53,267 nt of DNA from a virus (Duplodnaviria > Caudoviricetes). Shown here piece by piece: positions 30,867 through 41,608 of this stretch. A program made the translations under genes and the position numbers. The stretch covers positions 1-53,267 of the IMG/VR virus record IMGVR_UViG_3300012665_000878; one strand, given 5' to 3'. Below the pieces are notes generated by a model. It was not told where the DNA came from, made no database searches, and saw only the letters and a program-made list of their open reading frames with translations. Positions within the stretch are counted from its first letter, which is position 1. The number at the start of each line of letters is the position of its first letter.

Positions 30867-31548
30867 ACAGTGTAATAGCAGTATCCATAAAGTCACTAGG
30901 AAAGTTTGTTTTAAAACTTTCAAATGCTAATCGTTGAATAGTTGAAAAAGAAGTCACAGCGTTTACATCAATTCCCATAGCAGCCATTTTAGGAAATAAA
31001 TCTGTTTGCCTATCTTCACTGATATGACTCATTACACTGCTTAAAGAAATCATAGGATCTGTATTTTCGTAACAGAAAAAATAATTGATACTTTTTAGTT
31101 TACCATCAACAACAAAATAACTGCTAGGGTGTAGGCTGTATTTGTAAATTCCTAGATCTTTATGTGCTTTAAAAATAGACAACATTTGATCTTGCCAATT
31201 AGGCAATACAGTATCATAATTGCTGGCAAAACTCTGTTGCCAAAAGTCGTCACCATCTATAGCATAGAATATTTTCTTGTGAGTTAAATCTATATCCAAA
31301 ATTACAGGTATATGTTCTGGATAGAAGTCATTCATTAGCGTGATGTATTTTAATTCACGCTGCCATTTTTCTTCCATCAGTGAAGGATCCACTACTTGAT
31401 TTTGGCCACGATGATAATCAGTGTCATTATGATACCATTGACAAAACACCGTTCGTTCTTTGTTAACCAAACTGGTATAGATTAGATTATTCCGACAAAG
31501 CCCTTTGCCTGGAACGTTGTTGTAGTAATATTCAAAGTCGTTGTTCAT
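30853..31548 (-). CDS. hypothetical, kinase-like fold suspected
   Basis: WQRELKY, PVILDID, YKYSLHPSSYFVVDGKLKSIN. Confidence 0.5.
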   Translation of the reverse strand: MNNDFEYYYNNVPGKGLCRNNLIYTSLVNKERTVFCQWYHNDTDYHRGQNQVVDPSLMEEKWQRELKYITLMNDFYPEHIPVILDIDLTHKKIFYAIDGDDFWQQSFASNYDTVLPNWQDQMLSIFKAHKDLGIYKYSLHPSSYFVVDGKLKSINYFFCYENTDPMISLSSVMSHISEDRQTDLFPKMAAMGIDVNAVTSFSTIQRLAFESFKTNFPSDFMDTAITLYEQH

Positions 31549-31574
31549 ATCGTATATAGCGAATAAGTAGTTGT

Positions 31575-32390
31575 ATGATTCGCGGTATTGGTGGAAAACC
31601 TTATATTAATTTAGACCCGTATTTGGACGTGCAAGGGTTCATAGATTTACATCCTGAAATATGTAAAGGACTTGCTTTGGCAAGAGATTATGCTAAAGAA
31701 GGAACTTGGATGTCTCCCGGCTTTGATCAAAGTCGTGGCAGCTACAAATGGGATTGGAAACCAATATACAAAGCACACGAAGAATACCTAGCACTAGCAG
31801 ATGATCACCCTATCAAAGTTCAAGGTAAAGAAATCTACCCCACAGATTTCAAAGACTACAAACAGCGAAATCTGTTTACTAGATATCTTAAATCAGCACT
31901 AGGTGCCAATGATCCTTACATCTATTATTTCCTTTGGAATGAAGGCAATTGGAACGAACGCAATGCTGAACGTCAAAAGACCGAAGAAAGTCAATACTTT
32001 CCTAACATTGTACAGTGGGTAGAAAATCTACAACAGCAAAACATCATAGACAGGATAGGTCGTGTGATATTCTTCTTATGCGATCACAATGGCAAAGCAT
32101 TTGAGCATAGAGATTTGGATGCTAAAAATGGTGTATTTGAAAATGACTATTATACTCCTCATAACAACGAATTCATACACATCAGATATCGTACAAAACG
32201 TGGTTTCTATATATGGGATCCAGACACACAAGACAAACACTATGTAAACAGTCACGCAGCTTTTTGGAATGATCAAGATTGGCACGGTGGCGAGCACAGC
32301 CTAGAGCAAGAATATGGACTAAGAATTGACTGTAAATTTACAGACGAATTTAGAAAAAAAATAAAAATAGACCACTTGGAGAATTATTAA
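31575..32390 (+). CDS. Fe(II)/2OG-type oxygenase-like protein
   Basis: EHRD and DWHGG...LRID. Confidence 0.55.
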   Translation: MIRGIGGKPYINLDPYLDVQGFIDLHPEICKGLALARDYAKEGTWMSPGFDQSRGSYKWDWKPIYKAHEEYLALADDHPIKVQGKEIYPTDFKDYKQRNLFTRYLKSALGANDPYIYYFLWNEGNWNERNAERQKTEESQYFPNIVQWVENLQQQNIIDRIGRVIFFLCDHNGKAFEHRDLDAKNGVFENDYYTPHNNEFIHIRYRTKRGFYIWDPDTQDKHYVNSHAAFWNDQDWHGGEHSLEQEYGLRIDCKFTDEFRKKIKIDHLENY

Positions 32391-33541
32391 TGAGTTCTCC
32401 AACATATTGCCCAATGGCATGGATTGGCTTGAACATATTGCCCAATACCACAGCACCTTGTTGTTTTTGGTCCGTAGACAATTCTAAAGATATCACTGTA
32501 GATTTTGACAAAGTAAGAGCCGACATGTTAGAAGGAAAACATATTTCTAACTGCTCGCAATGTTACAAAACAGAAGAATTGGGATTAGAAAGTCGACGAC
32601 AAAAATATATAAATCGTTTTGGAATTGTCAACGAAGTAAAGACTAAAATTTTAGATATTAGCATAGACAATTTATGTAATTTAAAATGTCGAGGCTGCGC
32701 AAGTACTAACTCTCATTTGTTGTATAACGACGAAATAGAATTATACGGCGAAGCAATAGCTGATAAAAAATATATAGAAAATAATTTTTATCAAGATAAA
32801 GATTTTTCTCAACTAGAAGAAATTAACATTTCCGGTGGCGAACCTTTTTTAAGTAAGCAAACAGAAAAGTTTATCAAATATTTAAAAGACACCGGAATTT
32901 TAAAAAAAGTAAAAATTGTTGGAATTGTAACTAATGGCACTGTAACACCTTCTTCAGTTTGGGTTGATGCTTTTAATGATATTCAAACATTGAGTGTTAC
33001 TATGAGCATAGATGGTATTGGTCACTTAAATGAGTATTTTCGAAGTGGAGCAAATTTTGAAGTATGTAAACAACAAATGGATTTTTTTAATAATTTAATA
33101 GATCAACGATTGAATTCAAAATTAAATCAAACTACTCAAATTAATATCAACACAACTGTAAGCATTTACAATGTAAATTTATTAGACAACATTAAAAAAT
33201 TCTTTACCAAATACTATCCTAGATTTGTACTTGAAAGAAGGTTATTAGTGTGGCCAGCGCAGCTTTCAATTAAAAATGCTCCCAACGATTTAAAAACAGA
33301 AATAAAAAAGACCTTAGATTCTAGTCATACAGATATTTTAAGTTATCTAGATGAAGAGGGTCAAAACCTGTTTGATCATTTTTTAAACTATCATCAATCA
33401 CTAGACGCTATAAGGTCTGAAGATTTAAAAGACAGCAATCTATTATTGTCAAATTATATTCAAGATTATATTAAAAAAAATCCAACCAGAGGTAATAGCA
33501 AAGATTATTTTATAACTCAGATCAAAGGAATAATAGGTTGA
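32390..33541 (+). CDS. radical SAM protein with N-terminal twitch-like domain
   Basis: YCPMAW...PCC...CSQC, CNLKCRGC, SGGEPF. Confidence 0.9.
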   Translation: MSSPTYCPMAWIGLNILPNTTAPCCFWSVDNSKDITVDFDKVRADMLEGKHISNCSQCYKTEELGLESRRQKYINRFGIVNEVKTKILDISIDNLCNLKCRGCASTNSHLLYNDEIELYGEAIADKKYIENNFYQDKDFSQLEEINISGGEPFLSKQTEKFIKYLKDTGILKKVKIVGIVTNGTVTPSSVWVDAFNDIQTLSVTMSIDGIGHLNEYFRSGANFEVCKQQMDFFNNLIDQRLNSKLNQTTQININTTVSIYNVNLLDNIKKFFTKYYPRFVLERRLLVWPAQLSIKNAPNDLKTEIKKTLDSSHTDILSYLDEEGQNLFDHFLNYHQSLDAIRSEDLKDSNLLLSNYIQDYIKKNPTRGNSKDYFITQIKGIIG

Positions 33542-34032
33542 AATTTATAGGTAACTTTTTTCAGTGGATTGATCCGTTGTGGGAACACAAAATTCTAACA
33601 ACAGAAGGGCAAGCTCGGCCACGTGATTGGCCACCTTCTACTGCTGTAGAGTCTGCGGAGTACAGTAGATACGAAATGGCAGGTTATGATTTAAATGCTG
33701 TTAACTGGTGGGTATACGAAGAACAAGATTTAAACTTGTCTATTACTCCTACATGGACAACAGGCAACGTACACTGGTGGTTTACTAAAATGATACCTGG
33801 ACAATATATGCCTATGCACACAGATCCACACGCACACGACAAACCCTGTAAACGCTATTGGATGCCTTTACAAGATTACTGTGCTGGGCATGTATTTGTT
33901 TACAAAGACAAAATGATCACAGATTACAAGACCGGAGATGTGTTTCAGTTTGATAATGAAACTGATGTACATGGTGCCGCTAACATTGGGCATACTCCAC
34001 GCATTATGTTGCTGATCACGGAATATGAGTAA
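33538..34032 (+). CDS. Fe(II)/2OG oxygenase (AspH-like)
   Basis: PGQYMPMHTD and VHGAANIG...R. Confidence 0.7.
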   Translation: MKFIGNFFQWIDPLWEHKILTTEGQARPRDWPPSTAVESAEYSRYEMAGYDLNAVNWWVYEEQDLNLSITPTWTTGNVHWWFTKMIPGQYMPMHTDPHAHDKPCKRYWMPLQDYCAGHVFVYKDKMITDYKTGDVFQFDNETDVHGAANIGHTPRIMLLITEYE

Positions 34033-35197
34033 AACATACTGCCCTTATCCTTTTAATGGCATTAGCCTACAACCAAATAACATGGTGCTGCCCTGCGGGC
34101 AGTACATGGACTCTGCGCCTTTTCAAAAAATAATTCCTATCAACGAAGTACGAAACAGCGAATATATGAAAGACATGCGGAATCGTATGGCCAATAATCA
34201 GCACGGTATTGGCTGTCAGTGCCCAGCTGAAGAAGAAGCCGGCATAGTGTCAATGCGGCAAAAATCTATAGAAAAGTTTGGCATTGATTATTCAGATAAT
34301 TTAAAAATTGTAGAAATATTTTTTGACAATGTGTGTAATTTAAAATGCCGTAGCTGTGGTAGTAATAATAGTCACTTATGGTTTGAAGAAGAAAAAGAAT
34401 TGTACGGTGTTACGCTGTCACCGACCAAGTATCAAAAAAATACGTTGTACGAAAATTTAGATCTTAGTAAATTAGAAATGGTAGACCTGTATGGCGGCGA
34501 ACCTATGTTAAGCGTTGACGTTGAAAATTTTTTAACAAATTTATGCGACAATAATGTAATTAAAAATATAGAATTATCAATGAGCACAAACTGTACAGTG
34601 ATTCCAAAAGACAATGTTTTAAAAGCTCTACTGTCAGCACGTACTTTAAAACTTGCTCTTAGTATAGATGCGTATGGCGATCTAAACAATATTATTCGAT
34701 CTGGCTCAGACTTTGATGAAATAGTCAATGTCATGAAATTTTTTAAAAATTTGTTTTGGCAAAGACCTACAGGAACTACTACTATTTTAGTTCACAGCGC
34801 AGTCAGTGTGTATAATGTTAATCTGTTGCCCGATTTAGATGATTTTGTTATCAGCAATTTTCCAGAATTTTCTAGCAGCACACAGGTAGTTCAATTCCCG
34901 CTATTTCTAAGTATAAAAAATACCCCGGTCGAATTTAAAAACAATGTCAAACAATTATTAACACACGATAGATATTCTAGCATTGTAAAATACATGGAAC
35001 AAGATGGGGAAGATCTATTTGGTCACTTTATAAATTTTCATACTAAATTAAATGAAATACGACAAGAAGATCTAGGTAATAAAAATCAGTTATTGTCTAC
35101 GGCTATTACTGATTATAAACAAACACCAAGCGTCAAAGAAAGTAAGATATTTTTTAAAAAAATTATCAACGACATGAAAACCAATATGTTGGCTTAG
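34025..35197 (+). CDS. radical SAM protein, paralog of 32390..33541
   Basis: YCPYPF, CNLKCRSC, YGGEP. Confidence 0.9.
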   Translation: MSKTYCPYPFNGISLQPNNMVLPCGQYMDSAPFQKIIPINEVRNSEYMKDMRNRMANNQHGIGCQCPAEEEAGIVSMRQKSIEKFGIDYSDNLKIVEIFFDNVCNLKCRSCGSNNSHLWFEEEKELYGVTLSPTKYQKNTLYENLDLSKLEMVDLYGGEPMLSVDVENFLTNLCDNNVIKNIELSMSTNCTVIPKDNVLKALLSARTLKLALSIDAYGDLNNIIRSGSDFDEIVNVMKFFKNLFWQRPTGTTTILVHSAVSVYNVNLLPDLDDFVISNFPEFSSSTQVVQFPLFLSIKNTPVEFKNNVKQLLTHDRYSSIVKYMEQDGEDLFGHFINFHTKLNEIRQEDLGNKNQLLSTAITDYKQTPSVKESKIFFKKIINDMKTNMLA

Positions 35198-36368
35198 TTA
35201 ACGTCTTAACATCAGTTAACTGAAAATCTTTCGCATATCCCCACAACTTAAGATCGCCAGCAAACCCCATAGCTGCTCTGTTTGTAAAATTAACAAACAC
35301 ATTTGGGCATTGTTCTTGTAATTTTTTCAACAGTTGATTTTCTTTAAACACTCTGTATTCTAAATCTGTAAATGCGCAGGTGCCCTCATAACAGAATATG
35401 TTTGATAAATTTAAAAAAGTCTTTTTATTAATGTCAAATAGTTCACTAAGATCAAATTCACTGCCTAGCAAATCTATTTTTTTAAATTCGCAATTAGGAA
35501 ATTTATCTGCCCAATAATTTAAGGCTGTTTGATTGTAATCATAAACTACAACGTCAACAGTGTCATTAACGTAGTTAAGGCCGCTGGCTGGAATTACCAC
35601 CTGAGTTATATCTAAATCTCCAACAGGGTGAACTGTGTCTGTATTTGCTGTGTGTACAAAATCATTAGAACAATAGTTGTATCTAAAATACAGCCATTGA
35701 AGACTTTTATTAAACGCATCTACTGAATCTGGATAGTGATGTATTTTATTTTGACGTAATTTTTCATCAAATACTAACACAGGTAGATCATTATCGAACG
35801 CTATTTTTAAAATATTCCATCCGTGACATTTATGACTATAACTTACTCTAGTATCGCCGCCACTGACCCACAGAGGTGTGTAGTCGTCGTGCCAATTATC
35901 AGGACTACGCCACGGACATTCTTGCTGGTGAGATGCTCCTAGTTCTTGTAATCCAACAGCTGGCTTACCTAATGTTTGATACACATTAAGATTGACTAGA
36001 TAACATTGATGGTGAAGCTCGTAATAGGCGTCCTTTCGATCAAGTACATGCCCTGCTAAGAAGTAATCACTGGCAGTTATTCTTTCTATTTCTTTAAAAA
36101 AATTAGAACCGTTAATAAATTCAGTCCCAATATTAAAAACCACAGCGTGATCATACTTTAATTCACAGGCATAATTTAATAGTGAATCTTCATCTTCTCC
36201 TTGTAATAGATCTATACCTTTGATATAAAGATTAGAAATAGTAAAGTCGGCGATATTTTTTATTATTTGTTTTGTTCGGCCCGGAAGTGTGTGAGAATTA
36301 TCTACCATACAGTAGACTATCGATTTACTATTATTTCTTTTATATTGAATTATGTTGTTGTTTGACAT
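35166..36368 (-). CDS. hypothetical protein
   Basis: 400-aa ORF; no confident family assignment. Confidence 0.7.
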   Translation of the reverse strand: MSNNNIIQYKRNNSKSIVYCMVDNSHTLPGRTKQIIKNIADFTISNLYIKGIDLLQGEDEDSLLNYACELKYDHAVVFNIGTEFINGSNFFKEIERITASDYFLAGHVLDRKDAYYELHHQCYLVNLNVYQTLGKPAVGLQELGASHQQECPWRSPDNWHDDYTPLWVSGGDTRVSYSHKCHGWNILKIAFDNDLPVLVFDEKLRQNKIHHYPDSVDAFNKSLQWLYFRYNYCSNDFVHTANTDTVHPVGDLDITQVVIPASGLNYVNDTVDVVVYDYNQTALNYWADKFPNCEFKKIDLLGSEFDLSELFDINKKTFLNLSNIFCYEGTCAFTDLEYRVFKENQLLKKLQEQCPNVFVNFTNRAAMGFAGDLKLWGYAKDFQLTDVKTLTKPTYWFSCR

Positions 36369-37095
36369 AACTTCTCACCACTAGCTCACAGAAATCTTCT
36401 AGTTTTTTTCCGTACCCTTTGCTATGGCCTATAACATGTATTCGTGTATGCTTTGACAAGTTAACAACAGAATGATAATGTCGTATATTAATGATAAATG
36501 CCTTGCCTTCTTGGAAGGGAATTTTACCAAACCCTTCTAAAGTCATAGCACATTCTTTAGGGTGTATAACAGCAATATTAATAGGTACACCAAATTCTAA
36601 TGCGTCAAAATTTTCTTCACCAGGTAACCGACCAGGTCGATCACTGTGAGGATTAATGCTGCCTCCGCCTATTACTTCCATAAAGCGTATTCTTCTAAAA
36701 TCATCTGCTGGGAATTCGTGTTTCCAAAACCTAGTTACTCTCGGTGCTCTAAATTCTAGCGATGTCCATTTGTAAGGAACTTCTGATTCGTTAGTATACC
36801 CGTAGTTAGTCCATGCTCCAGTTTTCTTTATATCAATGCCGTGTATACAACAACTGCGCCAACCATGAGAATCATTTTCTCGATGCTCAACAAGAAACGG
36901 TTTACACTGTTCAGCTTCTAATTGCCAGCCGCCAAGATCGATTTCTAAATCCAATTCGATCCAACCAAAATTAGACTTGTTTAATATCCACGATGCTTGC
37001 TCTACAGTAGTAGTGAGATCCGAAGGGATATCTTCCATCTTCCATTTAAGGTCTTTGTTTTTTTTATAAAAATCTAACGCTTCTTGTGATATCAT
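36340..37095 (-). CDS. Fe(II)/2OG oxygenase (AspH-like)
   Basis: GGSINPHSD and YHSVVN...RIHVI; start placed at MISQE. Confidence 0.75.
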   Translation of the reverse strand: MISQEALDFYKKNKDLKWKMEDIPSDLTTTVEQASWILNKSNFGWIELDLEIDLGGWQLEAEQCKPFLVEHRENDSHGWRSCCIHGIDIKKTGAWTNYGYTNESEVPYKWTSLEFRAPRVTRFWKHEFPADDFRRIRFMEVIGGGSINPHSDRPGRLPGEENFDALEFGVPINIAVIHPKECAMTLEGFGKIPFQEGKAFIINIRHYHSVVNLSKHTRIHVIGHSKGYGKKLEDFCELVVRSYVKQQHNSI

Positions 37096-37134
37096 ACTTG
37101 TAGTTATATTAAAACAGCGCAGATAACTATAAGT

Positions 37135-38019
37135 ATGAATCGAACTCACGTTGACTTAATTTCTTTTTATATTACAAATGTATGCGGGCTAGCTTGCCCA
37201 GGCTGTGCCAGCTATAATAATTACGTTCTAAAAGGTCATTATAATTGGAACGATGCTAAAGATCGCACATACAAATGGGGCGAATTAATCGATGTAGGCC
37301 AGATTACCATAATTGGCGGCGAACCACTGTTACATCCAGATATCAATAATTGGGTGCTAGGAGTTAGGGATAGTTTTAAGCATGTTTCAGACCTAAGAAT
37401 ACTCACAGGGTTGACTGGATCTAAATTAACAAGATTTAAAAAAGAAATATTAACATGGTTAGAACATCGTGTTATAATACAAATTAGTGTACATGATGCT
37501 CGTTGGTGGGACGATGCTAAGGATGCTGCTAGAGATATTCTCAAAGACACAGACTTTACAGAAGTCGAAGTTGTAGACGGAGGCAACTTTCCATTTAAGC
37601 GCATAGACTATAAATCTGCCGATGGAACAATGTTGATGTGTATCCTAGAACAATGGGAATTTTTTCCTATTGCTCAAAAAGAAATCAAAGACGGAATTAT
37701 ACATTTTCATAACAATGATCCGGAAGAAGCACATAAAGCATGTAACTGTAAAGACTGCCATTATATTATAGATGGTATTATGTACAAGTGTGTTCTTACA
37801 GGGATATCAAAAATGTTAATAGATCAAGTGCCGTTAGATCAAAGATCCATAGAGGTGTTGAAAGAATCAACCGGGCTAGATCCATTCGTCGATGGATACA
37901 AATTAACTATACAAAACTCAGTAGCACAGTGTTCTTTATGTCCAACAAAGGGCATGGATAAATTAATACCCATATGGCCAGTGCCTATTAAAAAACCAAG
38001 GTTCGATAATGTCAACTGA
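37135..38019 (+). CDS. radical SAM protein
   Basis: CGLACPGC, IGGEPLLHP, MYKC...CSLCP. Confidence 0.9.
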   Translation: MNRTHVDLISFYITNVCGLACPGCASYNNYVLKGHYNWNDAKDRTYKWGELIDVGQITIIGGEPLLHPDINNWVLGVRDSFKHVSDLRILTGLTGSKLTRFKKEILTWLEHRVIIQISVHDARWWDDAKDAARDILKDTDFTEVEVVDGGNFPFKRIDYKSADGTMLMCILEQWEFFPIAQKEIKDGIIHFHNNDPEEAHKACNCKDCHYIIDGIMYKCVLTGISKMLIDQVPLDQRSIEVLKESTGLDPFVDGYKLTIQNSVAQCSLCPTKGMDKLIPIWPVPIKKPRFDNVN

Positions 38020-38923
38020 TAAACGTCATTTAAAATTTGGAAATTCATTTGCTATCCGCGATTCTGATACACTGGCTGTATTAAATGAATCATTACATAA
38101 TACACATGATATTTTAGATAACACAAACATAGTCGATCAATTCTGTAATGAGTACCTCGCATGGATCAACAGCGGAACGAAAAATACTTTTATTGGTCTT
38201 GATACATTCGAGTACAAGTGTTATTCTAACGGTACTACAGAATCCTTTGACAAATTCTACATGAAAAATCATGCTAGAAGATTTAGATGCTTTAAAGGCG
38301 AATATATGTATCATCAACTTGCCTGGAGGAATCATTGGCCCAATTGGAAGTTTATTGAAGATGAAAAACTCGCAGCTAATGATGCTGTTGTAATTTCTAT
38401 ACCATTTGCCGATACTGGCAATCAACACAAAGATTATAAGACAATTTTAAAACAGTGCGATAAATTAGGAATACCCGTGTTAGTCGACTGTGCTTATTAT
38501 GGAATATGCCAAGGAATAGAATTTGATCTTTCTCATAAATCAATCACAGATGTTGTATTCAGTCTATCAAAAACGTTTCCGGTAGCACACGCTAGAATTG
38601 GCATGCGATTAACAAGAACCGACGACGATGATCCACTGTTTGTAGTAAACAAAAACGGCTACGTTAATCGTATCGGAGCACACATTGGCTCTAAGTTTTT
38701 GTCATTGTTCAGTCCTGATTTCCTTCCAGAGAGATACAGAAGCAAACAAGAAACATTTTGCGAACACTTAGGTGTTGAAATTAGTTCAACTATCTTGTTT
38801 GGCATTGGCGGAGAAAGTTGGCAAGAATATAATCGAGGTAGTGAAACAAATCGGTTAAGTTTTCACAAATATATACATCAAGACATTGATATTTTTATTA
38901 AAGATAATCCTAAAAATGTATAA
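38009..38923 (+). CDS. PLP-dependent transferase (aminotransferase/decarboxylase-like)
   Basis: VLVDCAY and FSLSKTF...RIG fold-type I motifs. Confidence 0.75.
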   Translation: MSTDKRHLKFGNSFAIRDSDTLAVLNESLHNTHDILDNTNIVDQFCNEYLAWINSGTKNTFIGLDTFEYKCYSNGTTESFDKFYMKNHARRFRCFKGEYMYHQLAWRNHWPNWKFIEDEKLAANDAVVISIPFADTGNQHKDYKTILKQCDKLGIPVLVDCAYYGICQGIEFDLSHKSITDVVFSLSKTFPVAHARIGMRLTRTDDDDPLFVVNKNGYVNRIGAHIGSKFLSLFSPDFLPERYRSKQETFCEHLGVEISSTILFGIGGESWQEYNRGSETNRLSFHKYIHQDIDIFIKDNPKNV

Positions 38924-40106
38924 AGGTAAAATAGTAAACTTTGAACTACTATATGTAGACGGCGAATTCATTGACGACGAGAGTCTAGCCAATGTTACAT
39001 ACAACATGGTCATGGCAGACATTGTTCGTGCCGCAGATCAAGGGTTTGATGTTATTGTTGGTCTACTGTTAATGGACGGATTTTTATACAAAGACAACGA
39101 AATATTTTATAGAAATTTAAAACGCATTCAAAAACAAGCATTCAAGTTTGGTATTAAAAAGATAATGTTAGTCACTGGTATGTGTGAAGACTTTCAACAT
39201 CATCTTGCCAGCAAAGGCCTTAATTATGAAATTGTGTTTTTTGATTTTACACATCATATGGTTTATCAAAGCTATTTGGGCAAAGAAGATCTATTGCCCG
39301 ATTGGAATTATAAGTCTAAAAAGTTTTTGTTTCTTGGCGGAGTTCCAAGTCGAGGTAATAGAATCAATCTCTTAAGCAAATTCTATGACAAGAAATTACT
39401 AGACCACGCAGAGTGGAGTTTTTTTAGACCCTGGACTACCGAAGATCAATGGTGGTGTCGTGCTGCGTTAGATCGGTATACCGACGAACAATATGAACAA
39501 TTTTTAAATGACTGTGATCGTGCTGTTGATAATCGATATCAAGAAGCAAAAAATTACTCTAGACTACCAGGCAAAGATCTAAAAGAAACCAATATACATG
39601 ATACAGACTGGTGTAAAGATCCAAGTTGGATCGATCCGGCAGTATTTGATAACACACTGTTTAGTGTTATTTCCGAAGGCAACGCATATCCACCTGCCAC
39701 TGATTTTAGATTTTTAACTGAAAAGACATGGCGAACAGTTATTATGAAACACCCATTTGTATTTGCTGGAGAACCCGAACAGTTTCATTACGCTAAAAGT
39801 AAAGGGCTAAAAACATTTGAAAATTATATGCTGATCGATGACTATGCGGATATAACCTATGAAGATCATAGGCTCGATGCTGTGGTTAAAAACACTGAAA
39901 AATTTTTAATCGATGCTGAAAATAACATAGATCAAATACAGCAAGACATTGAACATAATTTTCAAATATTCCTAGACGTTGCCAAATATAATCAATCATT
40001 GTTAGATCATTTACAGAATGACTACAATGTAGACCTCGACGAGATTGAAAGATGGTTTAACCATAAAAGTTTTGTTCACTTGATAAGGATCGCCAATGGA
40101 AACTAA
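38916..40106 (+). CDS. hypothetical protein, glycosyltransferase-like C-terminus
   Basis: SVISE...FLTEKTWR...HPF; weak. Confidence 0.45.
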   Translation: MYKGKIVNFELLYVDGEFIDDESLANVTYNMVMADIVRAADQGFDVIVGLLLMDGFLYKDNEIFYRNLKRIQKQAFKFGIKKIMLVTGMCEDFQHHLASKGLNYEIVFFDFTHHMVYQSYLGKEDLLPDWNYKSKKFLFLGGVPSRGNRINLLSKFYDKKLLDHAEWSFFRPWTTEDQWWCRAALDRYTDEQYEQFLNDCDRAVDNRYQEAKNYSRLPGKDLKETNIHDTDWCKDPSWIDPAVFDNTLFSVISEGNAYPPATDFRFLTEKTWRTVIMKHPFVFAGEPEQFHYAKSKGLKTFENYMLIDDYADITYEDHRLDAVVKNTEKFLIDAENNIDQIQQDIEHNFQIFLDVAKYNQSLLDHLQNDYNVDLDEIERWFNHKSFVHLIRIANGN

Positions 40107-41028
40107 GTGCGCAGCATTTTGGCATCACACCAATATCAGAAGTGATAACCGTGTATTTCCCTGCTGCCGATTTAAAGATCCTGTAGACACTTTCAATGGC
40201 GATACCCGCACTATTTTGTTTTCTGATTCTTACGAAAATTTAAGAGAACAAAGCAATAACAATGTACCAATTGTTGGCTGCGAAAAATGTTATCACGAAG
40301 AACAACTAGGAAAAGAAAGTCTAAGACAAAAATTCAACAAAGATTACGATACAGAAACTGTAAGTTTAGAATTTTTAGAAATTGGTTTTGATAACATCTG
40401 TAATTTAACCTGTGATGGGTGTTGGGCAGAGTTTAGTTCTGCTTGGAGCATTAAGTTAAATCCAAATGCTCCTAAAAATTCTCACGTTAGAAGCATCGAA
40501 GATATCACCAGTCTCCCGTCAACAATTAATAAAATTTTGTTTTTAGGTGGCGAACCGTTAATGACCAATAGACACTACAGATTGTTAAAGCTAGTCGTCA
40601 ACCCAAGTGTCACTGACGTTGTTTATAATACCAACGGAACGTTTATGTTAGACATTAAAACCATTGAACTACTAAAAACATTTAGATCTGTAGAATTTAT
40701 AGTAAGCATAGACGGGTTTGGTGAGTTGAACGAGAAGGTACGAAGCGGCTCGATATGGTCAGATATCATTGAGTTTTTAACTCAATTACAATTACACAAT
40801 TTTAAAATCACAATACATACTGTGATACACAAAAACAATTGGCATGGGTTAGGCGATCTAGACAAGTTTGTAAAACAACTTAATGTAAACTGGACTACTA
40901 ATGTTCTTACCTATCCTAAACAGCTTGATATTGTCAATATTGACGACAAGGAATCTTGTATAGCATTTATGAAAACTATAGAATTTCCAAACAAGGATTA
41001 TACAATAAATCATGTCCTACATAGTTGA
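40096..41028 (+). CDS. radical SAM protein with N-terminal twitch-like domain
   Basis: PCC...CEKC, CNLTCDGC, LGGEP. Confidence 0.9.
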   Translation: METKCAAFWHHTNIRSDNRVFPCCRFKDPVDTFNGDTRTILFSDSYENLREQSNNNVPIVGCEKCYHEEQLGKESLRQKFNKDYDTETVSLEFLEIGFDNICNLTCDGCWAEFSSAWSIKLNPNAPKNSHVRSIEDITSLPSTINKILFLGGEPLMTNRHYRLLKLVVNPSVTDVVYNTNGTFMLDIKTIELLKTFRSVEFIVSIDGFGELNEKVRSGSIWSDIIEFLTQLQLHNFKITIHTVIHKNNWHGLGDLDKFVKQLNVNWTTNVLTYPKQLDIVNIDDKESCIAFMKTIEFPNKDYTINHVLHS

Positions 41029-41608
41029 TCCAAGCACATATGTTAACCCTCAACTGTTTGACGATCTAACAGAAATCTTGTCACCTATTATAGTTGCTGA
41101 ACGTAGTAATTTAGAACCTTACTTGTTTAATATTGCGGAAACTGATTCAGTAGGTGACCTTACCGGAGTTCATCCTAGATATAGAGATAATGTAGCAGCG
41201 TTTGCCGGACTGATGTATGACGGTACTCCGGAAAATATTAACAGTTATTTCAAAGAAAAATTTAAACCAGCAATTGAAAAAATTGAATCAATGCCAGGTA
41301 TTGTTCTTTCAGTGTTATTTTTTATTGCTCCAAACTCAATAGTTCCAACACATATCCACGACATGGACCGTCCAGCATACGATAATACTGACTATTATAA
41401 TATATTTTTAGGACTATATGTTCCATCGACAGATGTTGAAATACTAGGAGCAAAAATAGATAACGAAATACATAGTCATGCCAAGGGCAAAGCCTTTGTG
41501 TTTGATTCTCAAGTTCCTCATTCGGCTTGGAATAATACCAACGAATGGTGGCTATCAATTTTAATGTACATAAAAAAGGATTGTTTTAATGAAAATATCA
41601 AGTCATAA
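41012..41608 (+). CDS. Fe(II)/2OG oxygenase (AspH-like)
   Basis: PNSIVPTHIHD and FDSQVPHSAWN. Confidence 0.75.
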   Translation: MSYIVDPSTYVNPQLFDDLTEILSPIIVAERSNLEPYLFNIAETDSVGDLTGVHPRYRDNVAAFAGLMYDGTPENINSYFKEKFKPAIEKIESMPGIVLSVLFFIAPNSIVPTHIHDMDRPAYDNTDYYNIFLGLYVPSTDVEILGAKIDNEIHSHAKGKAFVFDSQVPHSAWNNTNEWWLSILMYIKKDCFNENIKS

